DNA of 64,000 bases, from contig BFEA01000028.1 in NCBI GenBank assembly GCA_003427395.1, forward strand, positions 1,328,955-1,392,954, written 5' to 3'. Shown in pieces: positions 42,856 through 56,703 of the stretch. Below the pieces are notes generated by a model. That model saw only the letters and a list, made by a program, of their open reading frames with translations, was not told the origin of the DNA and ran no database searches. Position numbers and translations under genes: made by a program. Numbering within the stretch: the stretch's first letter is position 1; every line of letters begins with the position of its first letter. The DNA comes from Chara braunii. Lineage: Eukaryota; Plantae; Charophyceae.

Positions 42856-44616
42856 TTAAGAGGGACAAGGAAGCTTTTGTACAAGGACGATCCATTTTTG
42901 AAAATGTGGTAATGGCGATCGAAGCTCTTGAGATTGTGATACGGGACGAGGCAGATGTTGCGGTTCTTCTCTTATATCTGGAAAAAGTTTATGATAAAGT
43001 GAACTGGACTTTCGTGATTACGACGCTTAAGGTGGCTGGCTTTGGAGAGCCCTTCTGCGGGAGGGTCAAGGTGCTCTATGGATTCTTCACGACATCAGTA
43101 GCGTGAACGGAGTAATCTCAAAGAAATTTTGCCTCTCTAGATCTTTGCGGCAGGGCTGTCCATTGGCCCCCCTTCTCTTCGTACTGCACCTTGAACCGCT
43201 GCTCTGCAATATAAGCTACAATCCGGAGATCGTAGACTTGTGTTTACCGAACGGAAAGCAAAGCCACTTGAAGGCACTAGCGGACGATCTCTTTGTTATT
43301 TCAACAAATGAGAAATCCTCACTGAAAGCAATGAAGAACTGCCTCAGTGATTTGCAGAACTTTCAAAATTTGCAGTTAACTGAAACAAATCAGTTTTTTT
43401 TCTCCCCAAGCAGTATCTGTTAGCAGTGCAGTAGGGTATGGAGAGGGTTCCAACAGATGATGCCGAGCGCTTTCTTGAGGTATAAGTGACACTATGTGAT
43501 TGCTCCTCTTCGCAAGGGGTGATGTTATAGGAGAAAGTAAGTAAAATGGTAAAGACTTGGGGGGAGATATTACACCTTTCCCTAATAGATCGGGCTCTTG
43601 TAGTAATGGCATCAGCCTTCGCTCTGTTGGGGTATGTGGTTGTTGTACGGAGGCTTCCTCCAACAATTTTAAAAGTAGTAAGGGGAGTAGCCAGGCTACT
43701 CATTTGGAAACCTGGGGTGATCTTGAGAGCGGGTTCATTTCAAAGGTAGCATGGGATGTGATTTGCTCCCCCATGGAGGAAGGAGGCCTATTGCTGTTAG
43801 ATCCTGGGACTCGGAACAAATACTTGCTTTCTAGGTGGATTGTTAGAGTTGCAAAGGCGGAAGAGAATGTGGATTGGATCTGGATGGCAGAGTCTCTACT
43901 TGTATCTGACTGGAAGTTGTCACGGACGTCTGATGTATGGATTGCTATCATGACAAAAACCTTTGCCAAGAAGTGTCCAAAATCCAAGTTCTGGTGTGAG
44001 GTGTTGGCAGCTTGGAAACAAGTTCAGACCATAAAGAAAATCCCACCGAAGACCAAAAAGGATGTGAGGTGGCAATCGTTATTTGAGAATGAATGGATTA
44101 CAAATTCAAAAGTAGCACCTTCACTCTGGAAAGGAAGGCAGGAGCTTTAGAGCCCAGCTGGCTGCAAAAAGGCATATCTACGGTAGGAGACATGTGGGAG
44201 GACAACACGAATCGGTGGAAATCGGACTCATCTCTCAGACTAGTATTAGGACAACTGCCCCAGAAAGAAGAAAGATCCCGGGAATTAAGGGCACCAATCC
44301 CAGAGGAATCGAAGCTGCTGTGGGGTTCGGAAGGGATAGACCCTCCTAGGACATGGTACAAGTGGGAAAATGGGGAACAGGAATGGTACTGCAGATTGGA
44401 AAGTTGGTTTGAGGATGGATTGGAATGTTGTTGGTGGGAGACCTACAGACGCAGGAATGCGTCTCTCTCAATGCTGGAGAGGGAAGGGATGCACTTCCAA
44501 TATGACCTCAGAGACCTATCTGAGATAAAAGTAAGAATGGTGACGCCCGCTGAGACGAATCTTCCCCAGATCCCCCAACTGGTGGCAAATGAGACTTTAG
44601 TGACAACAGAAAAATT

Positions 44617-45111
44617 CTCGCGATAAATGAAAGTTGAAAAAATATTTCTTCAAAAAAAAATCCTTCATATTTATAAATTATCATTCCAATGTTTGTCAAA
44701 TTCTAAAGTTTTTAGTTTTATTTGATAAGTTTCCGTCTAAATATGAGTTTTCCCTTCCAACTACATTTATTTGTTCAAGATAAAATGGAAGTCTGAACGA
44801 GTTTATGAAATGTTTTAATTAAACTTTCATTCAACTACAATAAATATCTTCTAATTTAGATTGGATTAATTTATTTATGACTGAAAATCATTACTTAGAA
44901 TGACAGTCCAATTAAAATATTTCATGAACTCATCCAGACTTTCATTCCATCTCTAGCATGCAATTCAAATAAGAAGGGATACCCCATTCTTGGAACGAAA
45001 GTTCTCAAGTAAGACAAAAAATTTTAAAATTGGAACGACATTTTTTAAGATGGAATGAAAATTTAAAATTTAGAATGTAATTTTTCTATAGAATCAATAT
45101 TTAATCCTGGG
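44617..45111. mobile_element. 495-bp AT-rich palindromic MITE
   Basis: AAATT on both flanks (44612-44616, 45112-45116); internal inverted repeats 44778-44820 vs 44910-44952. Removal restores the LINE frame TTEKFFRWRNLRID. Confidence 0.8.
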
Positions 45112-46576
45112 AAATTTTTTCGTTGGAGGAACTTGAGGATTGACTCAGCAATATGGGGTTGGAGGATTGATAGGGAGCTGGTGTCAGGCTTGGAAAAGTT
45201 GAGTACCAAGGTTATTTCGAAGAAAAACCAAAATGACTCACCTACCACGAAAAGAGTTGAGCAAAGGTGGCTCGGAACAGTCCCGACTGTTGCCCCTCTG
45301 AGAGTTCACCAGATTGTGTCTCCAGTTGAAGAATACACCACCCCAAAAGTTGGCCTCCCTCCTAAGGCTGCAATCACATTTGGTAGTGCCAACAACGCTG
45401 TGGCTTTCGGAGAAAGGAATGAAGGTTGTTACGACATGTGATTGTTGTCAGGCTCATCCAGAAACACCGAGTCACTTAATGGTGGGACTGCCTACAATTA
45501 AGGAAGTGGTGGAGAAAGTGGGAGATGCACTGGCAAACGTCTGCGACCAGTCAGAACTTACTGGAGAACGGCGGGTGTTACTGGGGGCAGTGCTTCAGGG
45601 GAACAATATATCAGAGGAGAGGGGATATATGGTGAAGGTGGGGCGCGCTGTCATGCTATGGGTCATTGGTTTGGATTGCAACAATCTCAAATTCCAAGGG
45701 GAAGCCCTTGTGGAACCCTACACAGAATTAACCTTCATGGCCCTACTGGCCACCGCTATCCGAGCAGACTGAACACAGAGAGTAGTACACAGAGACAGAC
45801 AGGAAAGCCTATCTTGGTTCCAGAAAACCTGGGGCTTGGGCCTGGCCCACGTTGTGACGCCCAACCTCACAACCTCACACCCAACGCGACTTCCTGTTTC
45901 GGAGTGGGAAGGGGTCAGAAAGTGCGTAGCAGGGCTTGCGAAGGATTTTGGGAAAGTGGGGGGGGGGGGGGGGGGGGGGNNNNNNNNNNNNNNNNNNNNN
46001 NNNNNNNNNNNNNNNNNNNNNNNNNNNNNNNNNNNNNNNNNNNNNNNNNNNNNNNNNNNNNNNNNNNNNNNNNNNNNNNNNNNNNNNNNNNNNNNNNNNN
46101 NNNNNNNNNNNNNNNNNNNNNNNNNNNNNNNNNNNNNNNGGAACTGAGATCTTCGGTGCCGAGTTTCAAGGATAGAAATGCAAGTGGTTCCGCAGAGGGC
46201 CAAATCTTTGGTGTGTCGTTCTCAGAGGCGAGCGGTAGTTCGACGACCACGTCGCTCAGGGTGGGTTCGTACTTGGTGCACGGAGGGAACAAAAATGGGT
46301 GTCTCTCTGTGCAAACACCTATCGCTAGCGGGCTTCACAAATCTCAGAATCTGACGTGGACGGTCTCAACCGGAGGCTGTGCTCTCGACACTCATCTTGG
46401 GAGCGGGTTCATCATACAAATCCCGCGGCTCAATAGGTGTTGTACTGATGACACTCTGAGCACGGCCTTCGGGGCCAGCAAGGGGCTATCGATTCCCAAG
46501 GGACAATCGTTGGACTATGGTAGGGAAGGAGGAGATAGAATGGAGAGAAGTTGGTTTCAATAGCGACGTATCCCGG

Positions 46577-47173
46577 TGTGATGTAGTACTGGTAATTACG
46601 GGTATCGGGGTAATCCGGGATTTGGGAATTATGCCCGCTGGCCCTGTAAAAGTCCCAGGCACATAGCCGATCGTCCTCGGTTTGGCAGGGGTAGGCCAGG
46701 AACCTTGAGTTTGATCGGCGGAAGAGTTATCCGTTCTCGCTGTATTTCCGGTACTCAGGGTTCCCTAAATTGGCACGGTCAGTGATCCAGAATGGAACGC
46801 CGATATCCATATTTTGCACGGGAGACTCCACTCATACATTTGGTCGTTCAAGGGGAGGTGGTGTTGGGAACGGGTCATGCAGACTCGGGCACACATATAT
46901 GTGACGATTGCCATTCTGGTGATCATTCGTATACGTGCGTGCACATGATTTGTTCCGACCGAATCTGAGTCAACGTATGCAAATCGGACGGCTTGTTCGA
47001 CGGTAAGAGGGAAAAGGAGAGTGAATAATATTCCCACGTATCATACGTCAATCGCGCGTGGGTCATACATGAGGAAGATCCAACCCTTACCCAGGTATAT
47101 ATACGGACTGTAACCTACCTGTTATGCATGCATCTATCCTGACCTGGGTTTATTCGGGGAGGCAACTTCTACA
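46577..47173. mobile_element. LTR-like fragment
   Basis: Abrupt end of LINE sequence, a TGTGATGTAG start and a CTACA at 47173. No clean TSD. Confidence 0.3.
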
Positions 47174-47516
47174 GGCTTAACGCAAAATCACACAATCAAT
47201 CAATATTGCATACATAGAAGCATGGACGTACCACAAAAAAAGGGTTGGATTACATACATTTTTCCATACATCAGCCAAGCGCTCAACCCATACTCCTCAT
47301 AATCCCTCGTCTCTATCGATCGACAACCCTCCATGCAAATCATTCGAGTGAGCAATCAATTTTGGGATTGCCATACATTCTGCACTGAAAAGGAAGAGAT
47401 GGCGGAGAGAAAGACGATTCATACATCAACCAAAGAAAAGAAAATCTGGGAGTGCCGCAAACGAAGCTGGTTGAAATTCGGAAATCAAAATTATACGGAG
47501 GACGTGAAGAGATAAC

Positions 47517-47609
<93 letters not shown>

Positions 47610-47982
47610 TTCTCATGATGCAGGCAGTCGGTCGCCTCGCACCTACCAACAACTCGAAGTTGTCATCCCGCTTAGTCCGAGTATGCAAGCCAGGTTCGCC
47701 CATGTGCCACAGTCCTTCGCGGCCACACGTCAACCCCGCATACCCAACACCAGCTCGTCGGATCGCCCAACTCCCTACTCACCGTTCTGTTCTCTTCTCT
47801 TTAGCCGATCCTCTCTACCGCTCTAACTCCCAAGTGTAGATTAGAGAGCGAATTAGTCGCGCTTGCGAGATTTATAGCATTCGGTAGTTGTGCAATGTAA
47901 TTCCGGATTATGTTGAAGCAAAAGACAGAGAGGAGAGGGGAGTGCCTATGGGTGCATGACGGGGCCGCGGGGTGGGGGACGT

Positions 47983-50900
47983 TGTCGAGCGCATCAGCTC
48001 CCGCCTTTTTCGCAAAGGCGAGAGCCCTCCCGGCCATGTCACACACGAGTTAAACATAGCAAAATGAAAGACAACTTAGGAAGGACGCAAAGTATACCGC
48101 GAACAGCCGAGATGGTCGTGGTAGCGTCGTCCCTTCGCCGCTCTAACCGGGTGCGCTAACTGTACATCCCACTGTCCCCTACGACAGGATAGGTTTCCGC
48201 GGGGCATAAGTTTTCCCTCCCTAAGGGGCTGTCACCACCCTTAGGGGCGTATCCCTACCGAGCTACTGACCCACATGCGAAAGTTTTTAAATGCAATTGC
48301 CGAGGTAGGCCAGCCGAGGGTGTTCGCTCGTTCGTTGTAGTATAGATACACTTGGTTAACGCGAAGCGAACCCAAACGTCGTTCGCTCCTATGACGTTGA
48401 TCTTCTAGGTACGGAGCAAACGTCGGTCGACTAGAACGGTCTCAACCAAGCGTGAAACCCAACATTAATCCTAGTCCCTTTAACACATAATCAAAATAAA
48501 GTTGTAACAACCATACACAGTTACATCGAAAGACATCGACCGTAGCCGATACGAATATATATCCAATCTGAAATGATAACTGGAAAATTTGAATCATCAT
48601 ATAGTAAATTCAATAACACAAGTTCAAAATAAAATCCGACCTCCTCGGATCGAACTCCACAAAACAGTCATACAATCGTCAACAAGAAGCTGGTTACGGA
48701 CAATAACATTGATGCAATCGACAAGGTAATCAGTTGCCTTAGTTTTGACTTGATGAGATGCGTTGCCAGAGTCATTTATCCCACCCTACCGCTGACCTAG
48801 GATTAGACACACACATCTGTCTCGATACATTTTTAATCTTATTGAATGACAGGCTGCATTGCGAATGATTCTTGATCAGGAGCATTGCTTGAAGTGTTAC
48901 ATGCCTTTCCCTCTAGGAAGTGGTATGAGGTACTCCTCCTCACCCGAGCACACAACTCGGATCTTAGAAGTCAGGCCGTCTTCATCGAATCGGCGAAGTA
49001 CCCCCCCGTAGAACGGCCCACTCTGGGTCGATAACAGGGTCGACTCCTGAAGCAACGAACCCCCGCCCCAGATGCTTCCTAGACACAGAAGATGTGTCCA
49101 CTGCAAATAACTTTCATATATTTTTCATTTCTCATAAGTCCAGGGTAACTTAGACGAAAAAAAATTCAGGAAAGGTAAAGAATGAGAATCATTTGGACAG
49201 GTACATGTGGATAAGGTCATTCGGGATAGAATAGGTAGACCTCATTAAAAAACTAGATCAATTTAACTTTGTCTTCTTTATTTAAAACTATTTTTACGGA
49301 ACTTACTGGATTTAACCATTTTCAAAATGACAAGTTTTGTTTTACAAACAAGCAGGTAGTAAGTAGAAGGAAGACGATTTTTTTTTATTTGTCCCAAATA
49401 GGCATAAATCAAAACTCCTTTGTAGGCATCCTTCTACCTACCTGCACTCCAAGCCAAGCAACAAGTTCAAAAGAAAACAGTAGAATCTCATACTTGGGTC
49501 AGACCTTTTCATTCACATGCATGACTCGCACAACTTTCCTCTACCTTTTCTTGTAAACATTCAAAACAAACAGAGTTAAGCAAAGTGTGGGTTCACACAA
49601 GTGTGAAGGGAATTCTAAGTCAATCAACTGACCTTGAGTGAAGTTGACAGTGACTCACTCAAGAAAGCCAAATATTTTCCTCAAGAGAAGATTGGCTGCA
49701 CAACTCACAAGTTGTGGCTGTCTACAAAGATAAACTGCTTCCTTCTTCAAGTGTCACCACTGACACAGGCGCCTCATAACAACGGAGCAAGATAGTCGTC
49801 GAGGAGGGTGCTCTTACTTACAGTTCTGAGTGGTCCTCCACTCACTCTCCATGGCACCTCGTCCGCTAAGAGTAATCCCCCTTCAACCCCAAATAAAATC
49901 TTCACCAATCACCACGTCTAACTCAAAGTAATCACTAATACTTGCCCCCGACATCAACCCCCAACTCTCTTGGTCCCAATTTGGGTCCCAAGTATCATCA
50001 TGTCGTCGCCACACTACCAGATAATCCCCCAAAAAATATAAACCCCGAACCACAACGCTTTTCCAAAATCAACAACACCTCCGACGTCAATGTCGCAGTG
50101 CCAACACAAAAAACAGCCACACCACCAAATATCGTGCCGCAAATAATCAGTGCCGTAATCCCAATATACCACCGGTAAAATCACCAACTGCGTTGCGTAA
50201 TTTCGGCAACATCTCCCCGTCGTCAATATCGTGCCAAGCAGGCAGAATCTCCCGTGTACCGCCTGCCAAAAACTGTTGCGGCCATGCAAAACGGTCAGAG
50301 TTTCCCCTACACCACTTGCCAAAATTGTTGTCACCGTGCAAAACAGGCAGAGTTTCCCCTGCACCACTTGCCAAAACTGTTTCCGTTGTGCAAACAGGTA
50401 GAGTTTCCCCTGCACCGCTTGCCAAAAATTGCTGTCGCCGTGAAAAACGGGCAGAGTTTCCCCTGCACCACTAGCCAAAAACTGATGTCGTCGTGCAAAA
50501 TGGGTTGAGTTTCCCCTACACCGCTTGCCGAAGACCTACCGCCGTCGTGCAAAAAACGGGCAGAGTTTCCTTTGCACCGCGCAGCACGACGACTATGGCA
50601 GCCTCCTCCTTCCCCTCTCACTGCAGACCTTCACTATACTCCACCTCTCACTCACTATCCCTCAACACTCCAGCAACATAATGTTGCTCTCTACTCCACA
50701 TTTAGTCAGAATGTGGGCAGCACCTCAATTGAGTGAGGATGTTGTTGGCCAGCCCTGCTTTTATAGTTGGGTTGGAGTGGTGAGCAGCCACTTGAGGCTC
50801 AGCCAAAAAAAACGGGGTTGAGCCTGACCCTCGATCTGAACTTCGATCGAGGGCTAGAAATCTTGATGTTCCACTAGGAACATCAAGCCCCAGGCTTTGG

Positions 50901-51805
50901 CAATGCACTCGGCCGCCACCCTCGGCCAGGCGCAGCCCCAAAGTGGCTGTATTCGGCCACTTTGAGCAGACTGTGAAACTCAACAGTCTGCTCCAACTTC
51001 AGACCCAGATGCTTTCCTTGCATCTGGCTCGGCGTCGCGATTGCATTCGCGATGCCATTTTTTTTTCTCTTCCCCTTTTTTTTTTTCTTTTTTTTTTTCT
51101 TCTTCTCTTTTTGTTTTCTTTTCCTTCTTTTTACCCTCTCGTTTTTTCTCAGGGAGGGGCAACTCGTTTTTTCGAAATGAGCAGCCTCCCCTCCCCCCTA
51201 AGTCATTTCACAGAGTCGAACTAGAGTTAAGTTTGCAGGGTCTTCTTCCCCTTGTGCCCAACGCGCCCGAACCTGGCTCAATCCAGGTGCTACGTTCAGC
51301 GCCTCTTCAGACAGCAGCTGCGCGTTCAAAATGAACGGGCACAGTCACTGTAACATGCTACAAGGGAGGGGAAAGACCAGCCTTACGGTTGGGGACTTAC
51401 CTCGGGCCGTCGCGTAGTCCGTCCCTCATAGTAGTAGTAGTAGTAGTAGTAGTAGTAGGTATGTTTCCATGTCTATCGGTAGATACGTTTGACTTGCACA
51501 TCCTACTGATGACAAGTCAGCCCGTTCGTTGAAACGAACGGGCACGTCGGGAAATCAAGACCCAAAAGAAAAAAAAATGACAAGAAAAAAAAAAAAAAGA
51601 ATAACAGGAAAAAAAATCTAACTAAAAATCTAAAGAAAATCTAAAGGAAATCTCAAAAGAAGGAGAAGAGAAAAAAAAAAAAAAAAAAAGTTATCTTGCT
51701 GCAGAAAAAACGGTCACCCGTTTTCACGGGCGATTGTCAAGTGCACTGGGGCTTGAAGTGCCCCAGTCACTTCTTGTGGCACCATCTGGCGCTTCCCATT
51801 TTAGT

Positions 51806-51845
<40 letters not shown>

Positions 51846-52298
51846 GCTTTGCCAACGATCACGTCGCATCGTGGCATGCCCACGAGCTCTTGAAATATAG
51901 ACCCGGGTTCGAGTCCCCCATGTCATCCTTGCGCAGGGCCATGTAATCCGCGCATGGCAGATCTCAGCCGCGTGATTATGATGATCGCGCGACCGAAATC
52001 GGCCGCCCCCAACTGCTTGGGCTGCTCCAAAAGGAGTTGGCCCAGTAGGTTTCCTGCAGTCGGGCTTGATCTCGGTATCTGCTGGGCAAAAGTTTGGCAT
52101 CGTAACCTACTGGGTTAGCTCCTATCACGATAGTGATAAAAGCAGCTCTTCTATAAGAAGAGCTTTGCCCCAACCATTATATGTGCATGTGGCCTTGCAG
52201 GCCCTGCGTGCTTGTAGTCTAACAGACCCCGCCTGCCCGAAGCCTACTAGGCTTTGCTGGCAGGCCCTTCCCTATCAGTTGGCTGCGTGACCTCGACA
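47983..52298 (-). repeat. left arm of giant inverted pair (TGTCGAG...CTCGACA)
   Basis: Colinear reverse-complement similarity to the right arm in blocks 47983-48480, 48900-49080, 49520-50220, 50715-50770, 51130-51280 and 51705-51920. Confidence 0.85.
50230..50581. repeat. ~52-bp minisatellite, ~6.5 copies
   Basis: Unit CGTGCAAAACAGGCAGAGTTTCCCCTGCACCACTTGCCAAAA... at ~50230, 50284, 50335, 50387, 50439, 50492 and 50546. Confidence 0.92.
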
Positions 52299-53676
52299 TC
52301 GGCATGTCAACCTCTTGGCTCGATGTCAACCCCCGCGGCCCAGGAAATAAAAAACCTTCTTCCTATTTCTCCTGCATCGCGGCCCTATACCCGACGCATC
52401 CCTCTTTTCAACCTACTTAGGCCCTGAATCGCGCGGTTGTTAGGTAGAAAAGGTCCAACTTTAGCGTTCCCATGTCCGCACGTTCTTGCGGCTTCGACCA
52501 AAGCAAAGCACTTCCAGTTATTGTTGCTACTCTCGGACGTCACAGGCGTCCGAGCTAGAGCTCGAAAACTTTTAGCCTCTCAGTCACAAATTTGGTCTGA
52601 ATAAACTTTTGGCAACGTCGGTCTCATCAGGTCCTTCAATCCAATGAAAGAGTCGGACAGTGTTCGACGTTGAAAGACCCCAACAAATATCCTTGTCAAG
52701 GTATTTGCCCCGACAACGTAGCCTCTCTCCATGCATCGATCCAGTCATGCACCTGCTAGCCAATGAGATAGACGGGAAAGAGGCGTCGAGTTTCGCGTGG
52801 AGAAAGAAGAGATCAAGAAGGGAGAGGATTACAGTTACACCAGCGCTCGCCTAGAAGGAGCAAGAGGAGATTACAGTTGCGCTTAGAATTTCGGCGGAGC
52901 GGGGGCAGAGCGCAGGACAGGACATAGCAATGCGCGCGAGAGCCAAAATTACGACGCTCCCAAATTCATAGCCTAATTAACGCCCTAACTGCATTTTGCG
53001 AACCGGAGTAAGTTCAAAATTCAAGAAGAAATTTAAAAAGATTCCCTGCGCGGTAATCGTGGCAAAAATTCCCCTCCCACAACAGAACAAGAAAGAAGCT
53101 ATGGCAACAGGTATTTTTCGCGCTCGCTAAGGCACGATCAATTACCAACCGTCGTGGGACCAACCTCTTTCCAAAAGATGGGGGCATTCATAAAATTGGG
53201 CGGGCTCCTCCCGATTAAACCCTCGAAATATAGTCGCGTAGAAAGTCCCGCGTTTACGGTGTCGGGGCAACTACCCTGACAAGGATATTTTGTCGGGGGT
53301 TTTGAAAACTCGGGTCTGTATCCAAACTGTCCGTGGATGATACGACCGTTGGCATAAGTCAATGGGAGAAAACAAAAGAAAAAAATGTAAAAATAAAAAA
53401 CTAAACTAAGCCAACGTGAAGCGCCACATGGCGCATTTGGATGTGACTAGGGCGTTTCAATCCCAGTGCCTTTGACAACGTCTGTGAAACGGACGACCGT
53501 TTTTTGAGGTAGCGTTTCGTTTTTCTTTGTTTTGTTTTGTCTTTGTTTTTTTAATTTCTATTTTTTTTATTTTTTTTATAGATTTATTTTAGATTTTGTT
53601 TTTTTTAGATTCCGTTTTTTCTTACCTTGGTGATGTCGATTGAGCACCCGTTCGTTTCGGACGAACGGGTCACCGT

Positions 53677-53725
<49 letters not shown>

Positions 53726-54057
53726 NNNNNNNNNNNNNNNGTATGATTGTGTCAGATTCTTTCATCGGACTTCAACCGACTCATCTGGAGGCTGGGCCTC
53801 GACGGCCCATCAATAGGATGGGCAAAATCGAATGAATCTGCCGCAAAAAATGGCTACATTCCGGGCATGGGTTTTATGATCTTATACTTGAGTTGAGGGA
53901 CGCTCTACACGCGCCTTAGGTGGTTCCCAGTTGCGGACAGACGAGTCCTTTTTCTGGTGGTCGAACGAACACTTTTGCGACGACCGTTCGGGCCTCCACT
54001 CGTTTCTCTCTAAAAGCTACCGCGACAGCTCACTTGTCGCAGGTTACATTCGTGATT

Positions 54058-54108
<51 letters not shown>

Positions 54109-54697
54109 TGGAGAGATAGGATACTTACCTGTTGACGCTTGGTGCCCTTTTGGCCTATGGGGGAAGATTTGCGCTCGTTTGCTTGAAAAACAGGCTGCAA
54201 ATCATTGTTTGCACCTAGTGTCAATTGCGTCCGGGTACAGGCGTGTGGGCAGAGGGTGGAAAACCCAGTTGAGCTTGTCTTTAATTCGTCTCTGTGAAAT
54301 GACTGAGATGCAGTGGCTGCTCGTTTTGAAAACGAGTTGCCCCTTCTAGAGAAACGAAGGGTTGGGAAAAAAAAAAAAAAAAAGGACAAAAAAAAAGTAA
54401 CGGCCGCGCATATGGCTACGGTCGTAGGACAAGTGCAGCCTCAGAAGATTCTAGGGGATGATGAGACTGCGCCTGTTCGTTTTTTTGAACAGGTTGCAGT
54501 CTGGTTGGGTACAACCATTTCTAGGAGCACCCAGCCTGAGAAAATAGCTAGGTGTTTCCATGAGTGGATGACCTTGGTTTCCCTAGGGAAAAACCAAGGC
54601 ACTGAGCTCTTGGCCGTTGATTTAAATCAAGGGTCAGGAGCACTGGAAAATTTTGCCTGGCTATGGGCGAGACAATTGCCCACATGCCTTCGGCAAG

Positions 54698-54706
54698 CTA
54701 TAAAAG
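54698..54706 (+). promoter_or_regulatory. TATA-box candidate conserved in both arms
   Basis: CTATAAAAG here and its reverse complement at 50758-50766, in homologous context. Confidence 0.45.
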
Positions 54707-56703
54707 CCGCTTTCCACCCAACAACCTCACACTTGTGGCATTGCTGATGGGGCATTCTACGCGAGTAGATGCTTGCTAGCTGGCTGCAGGTGTAGTGAGG
54801 CGAAGTGCTGGAGGTCTGCAGGAGCACTTGGAGGATGAGAGAGGCATCCATAGCTAAAGACTGAGAGTTTTTTACCCCACCTTTGTGCTTGTCCTGTAGG
54901 CTGGTGTGTGAGTTGCTGCTGTGTGGCGAGAGGCCACGACGGGGAGGTGTTGCACGACGGACTGCTCAGTAGCAAGTAGGATTGAGTGAGGAGGTTACGC
55001 TGCCATAATTTTGGAAGGAGGTGCTGCCAAAATTTTTATGCGTCGCAACAGGATTTTACGACGGTAGTGACGGGGGCGTGGCGTATTTGGCAGTGTTTTA
55101 AGGGGAGGTGTTGGCGAAATTGCGCAACGCGGTTGGTGGTTTACCGACAGTATTCTAGGACTACAACACTGATTTCTTTGCGGCACGGTACTTGGTAGGG
55201 TAGTCGTTTGGGTGTTGGCACTGCCGCATTGACGCCGGAGGTGTTGCTAATTTTTGACGAGCGTTGTGATCCAGGTTTGTACTTTTGGATGATCATTTGG
55301 TGGTGCGGCGACAGCGTGGAACCACTTGGGACCCAATTTGGGACCAAGTGAGTTGGAATTGAGGCTGGGACAAGTATTGTGGCGAACGTTTTGTGATCTC
55401 GCGTTGTGATTCAAGTTGGTGGAAATTGGATCTGGGATTGAGGTGGGATTATTCTCGGTGGACGAGGTGCCATTGAGAGTGTAGTGGTGGACCACTTAGA
55501 ACTGTAAGTGAGAGCACCCTCCTCGAGGGCTATCTTGCTCAGTTCTTGTGAGTGGCTCCTGTGTCCATGGTGACACTTGAGAAGGACGTGGATTATTTTG
55601 TGGACGGCCGCAACTTGTGAGTTGTGCGGCCGATCTTCTCTTGAGAGAAATACTTGGCTTTCTCGAGTGAGTCATCGTCAACTTCACTCAAGGTCAGTTG
55701 TGACTCAGCTCCCTTTGCACACTTGTCTGAACCCACACCTTGCATGACCTTGCTTTGAATTCAGGGAAAGGTAGAGTTAAGTGTGTGATATCATGCATGT
55801 GAGAAAGGTGGGCTGACTTGGTTGGGATGTGTATGGGTTTGGGTTGTTTTTTTTGTTGTTATGCAAGTAGGTAAATGACATATGTGGGAAGAGAGTTTCA
55901 TTATGCTTTGCTCAAGGAAATAATGAAACTTTGTTTTTTTTCTCTTCATACCTGTCTGCATTTCAAAAAGAACAACGCAATGAAAAATAATAATTGACAG
56001 GTGCGGAAAGAATAAAACTTTTGGATGACGAAAAAAAAAAGTAAAAAAATCACCTTGTATTTTTCCAAGGAACCTCCCATTCTATCCCGAATGACAATTT
56101 TTTTTTGTGTCCGTCAAAAAAAGTCTCAAATTTATTCTCTACCCTATTTTCTTTCCGTCTAAATCGAGCCTCGGTGAAAAGTATAAGAAAATGATCACAC
56201 ATAGGGATTGAGACTTCTTTTCAAGAAGCATCTGGGGCAGGGGTTCGTTGTTTTAGGAGTCGGCCCTATTATTGACCCAAAGTGGACCGTTTAACGGAGG
56301 AATATCATGTTGTATTACGATGGACTCGGAGTCAGCCCAACTTATGAGATATGAACAATGTGTTCAAACGAGGAGGAGGGGTATTCCATACCATTTTATA
56401 GAGGGTAGAGTGTCCTGGAGTAAAGGATGATCATTTTCTCATGCTTTCAAGTGGGGAAAGACTGAAGTCAGTACCTCTTTTTTGTGGTCGTCTAAGGTGC
56501 CACCAACGTATGGGGAACCGATGTAAAAAAAAACTCAGTTCGTGTATCTAATAAAGTCAAATGGGGTGCGAGTATACACTATCTTCGTGGTAGGACGATG
56601 ACACAAGAATCACAGCCCGGGGGAAAAGGGAGTTGAACACAAAGATCAATATATATATAAATTTATTTTGACAAAGTTATTATTTTGGCGTCCAGATGTC
56701 TAC

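Larger units (their letters stand above)
38060..46560 (+). mobile_element. L1-clade LINE pseudogene with two nested insertions
   Basis: ORF1 RAYENGW...SYVARSREVAQWM...WCERCRWWFH; ORF2 ATG at 40064 overlaps the ORF1 stop; WNVRA, IQETKL, GGVAILI, VYGP, SDHKPV; RT ISLLNVVY, AFVQGRSI, LEKVYDKV, RQGCPLAP, ADDL; C-terminal CDCC...ETPSHL. Confidence 0.92.

Noticed and set aside
47961-47982. G-rich tract as the PPT of a full LTR retrotransposon
   Set aside because: No gag/pol, PBS or matching TSD found; kept only as an alternative reading of the inverted arms.
50230-50581. CRISPR-like regular repeats
   Set aside because: Units are contiguous with no unique spacers, there are no cas genes, and the context is eukaryotic.
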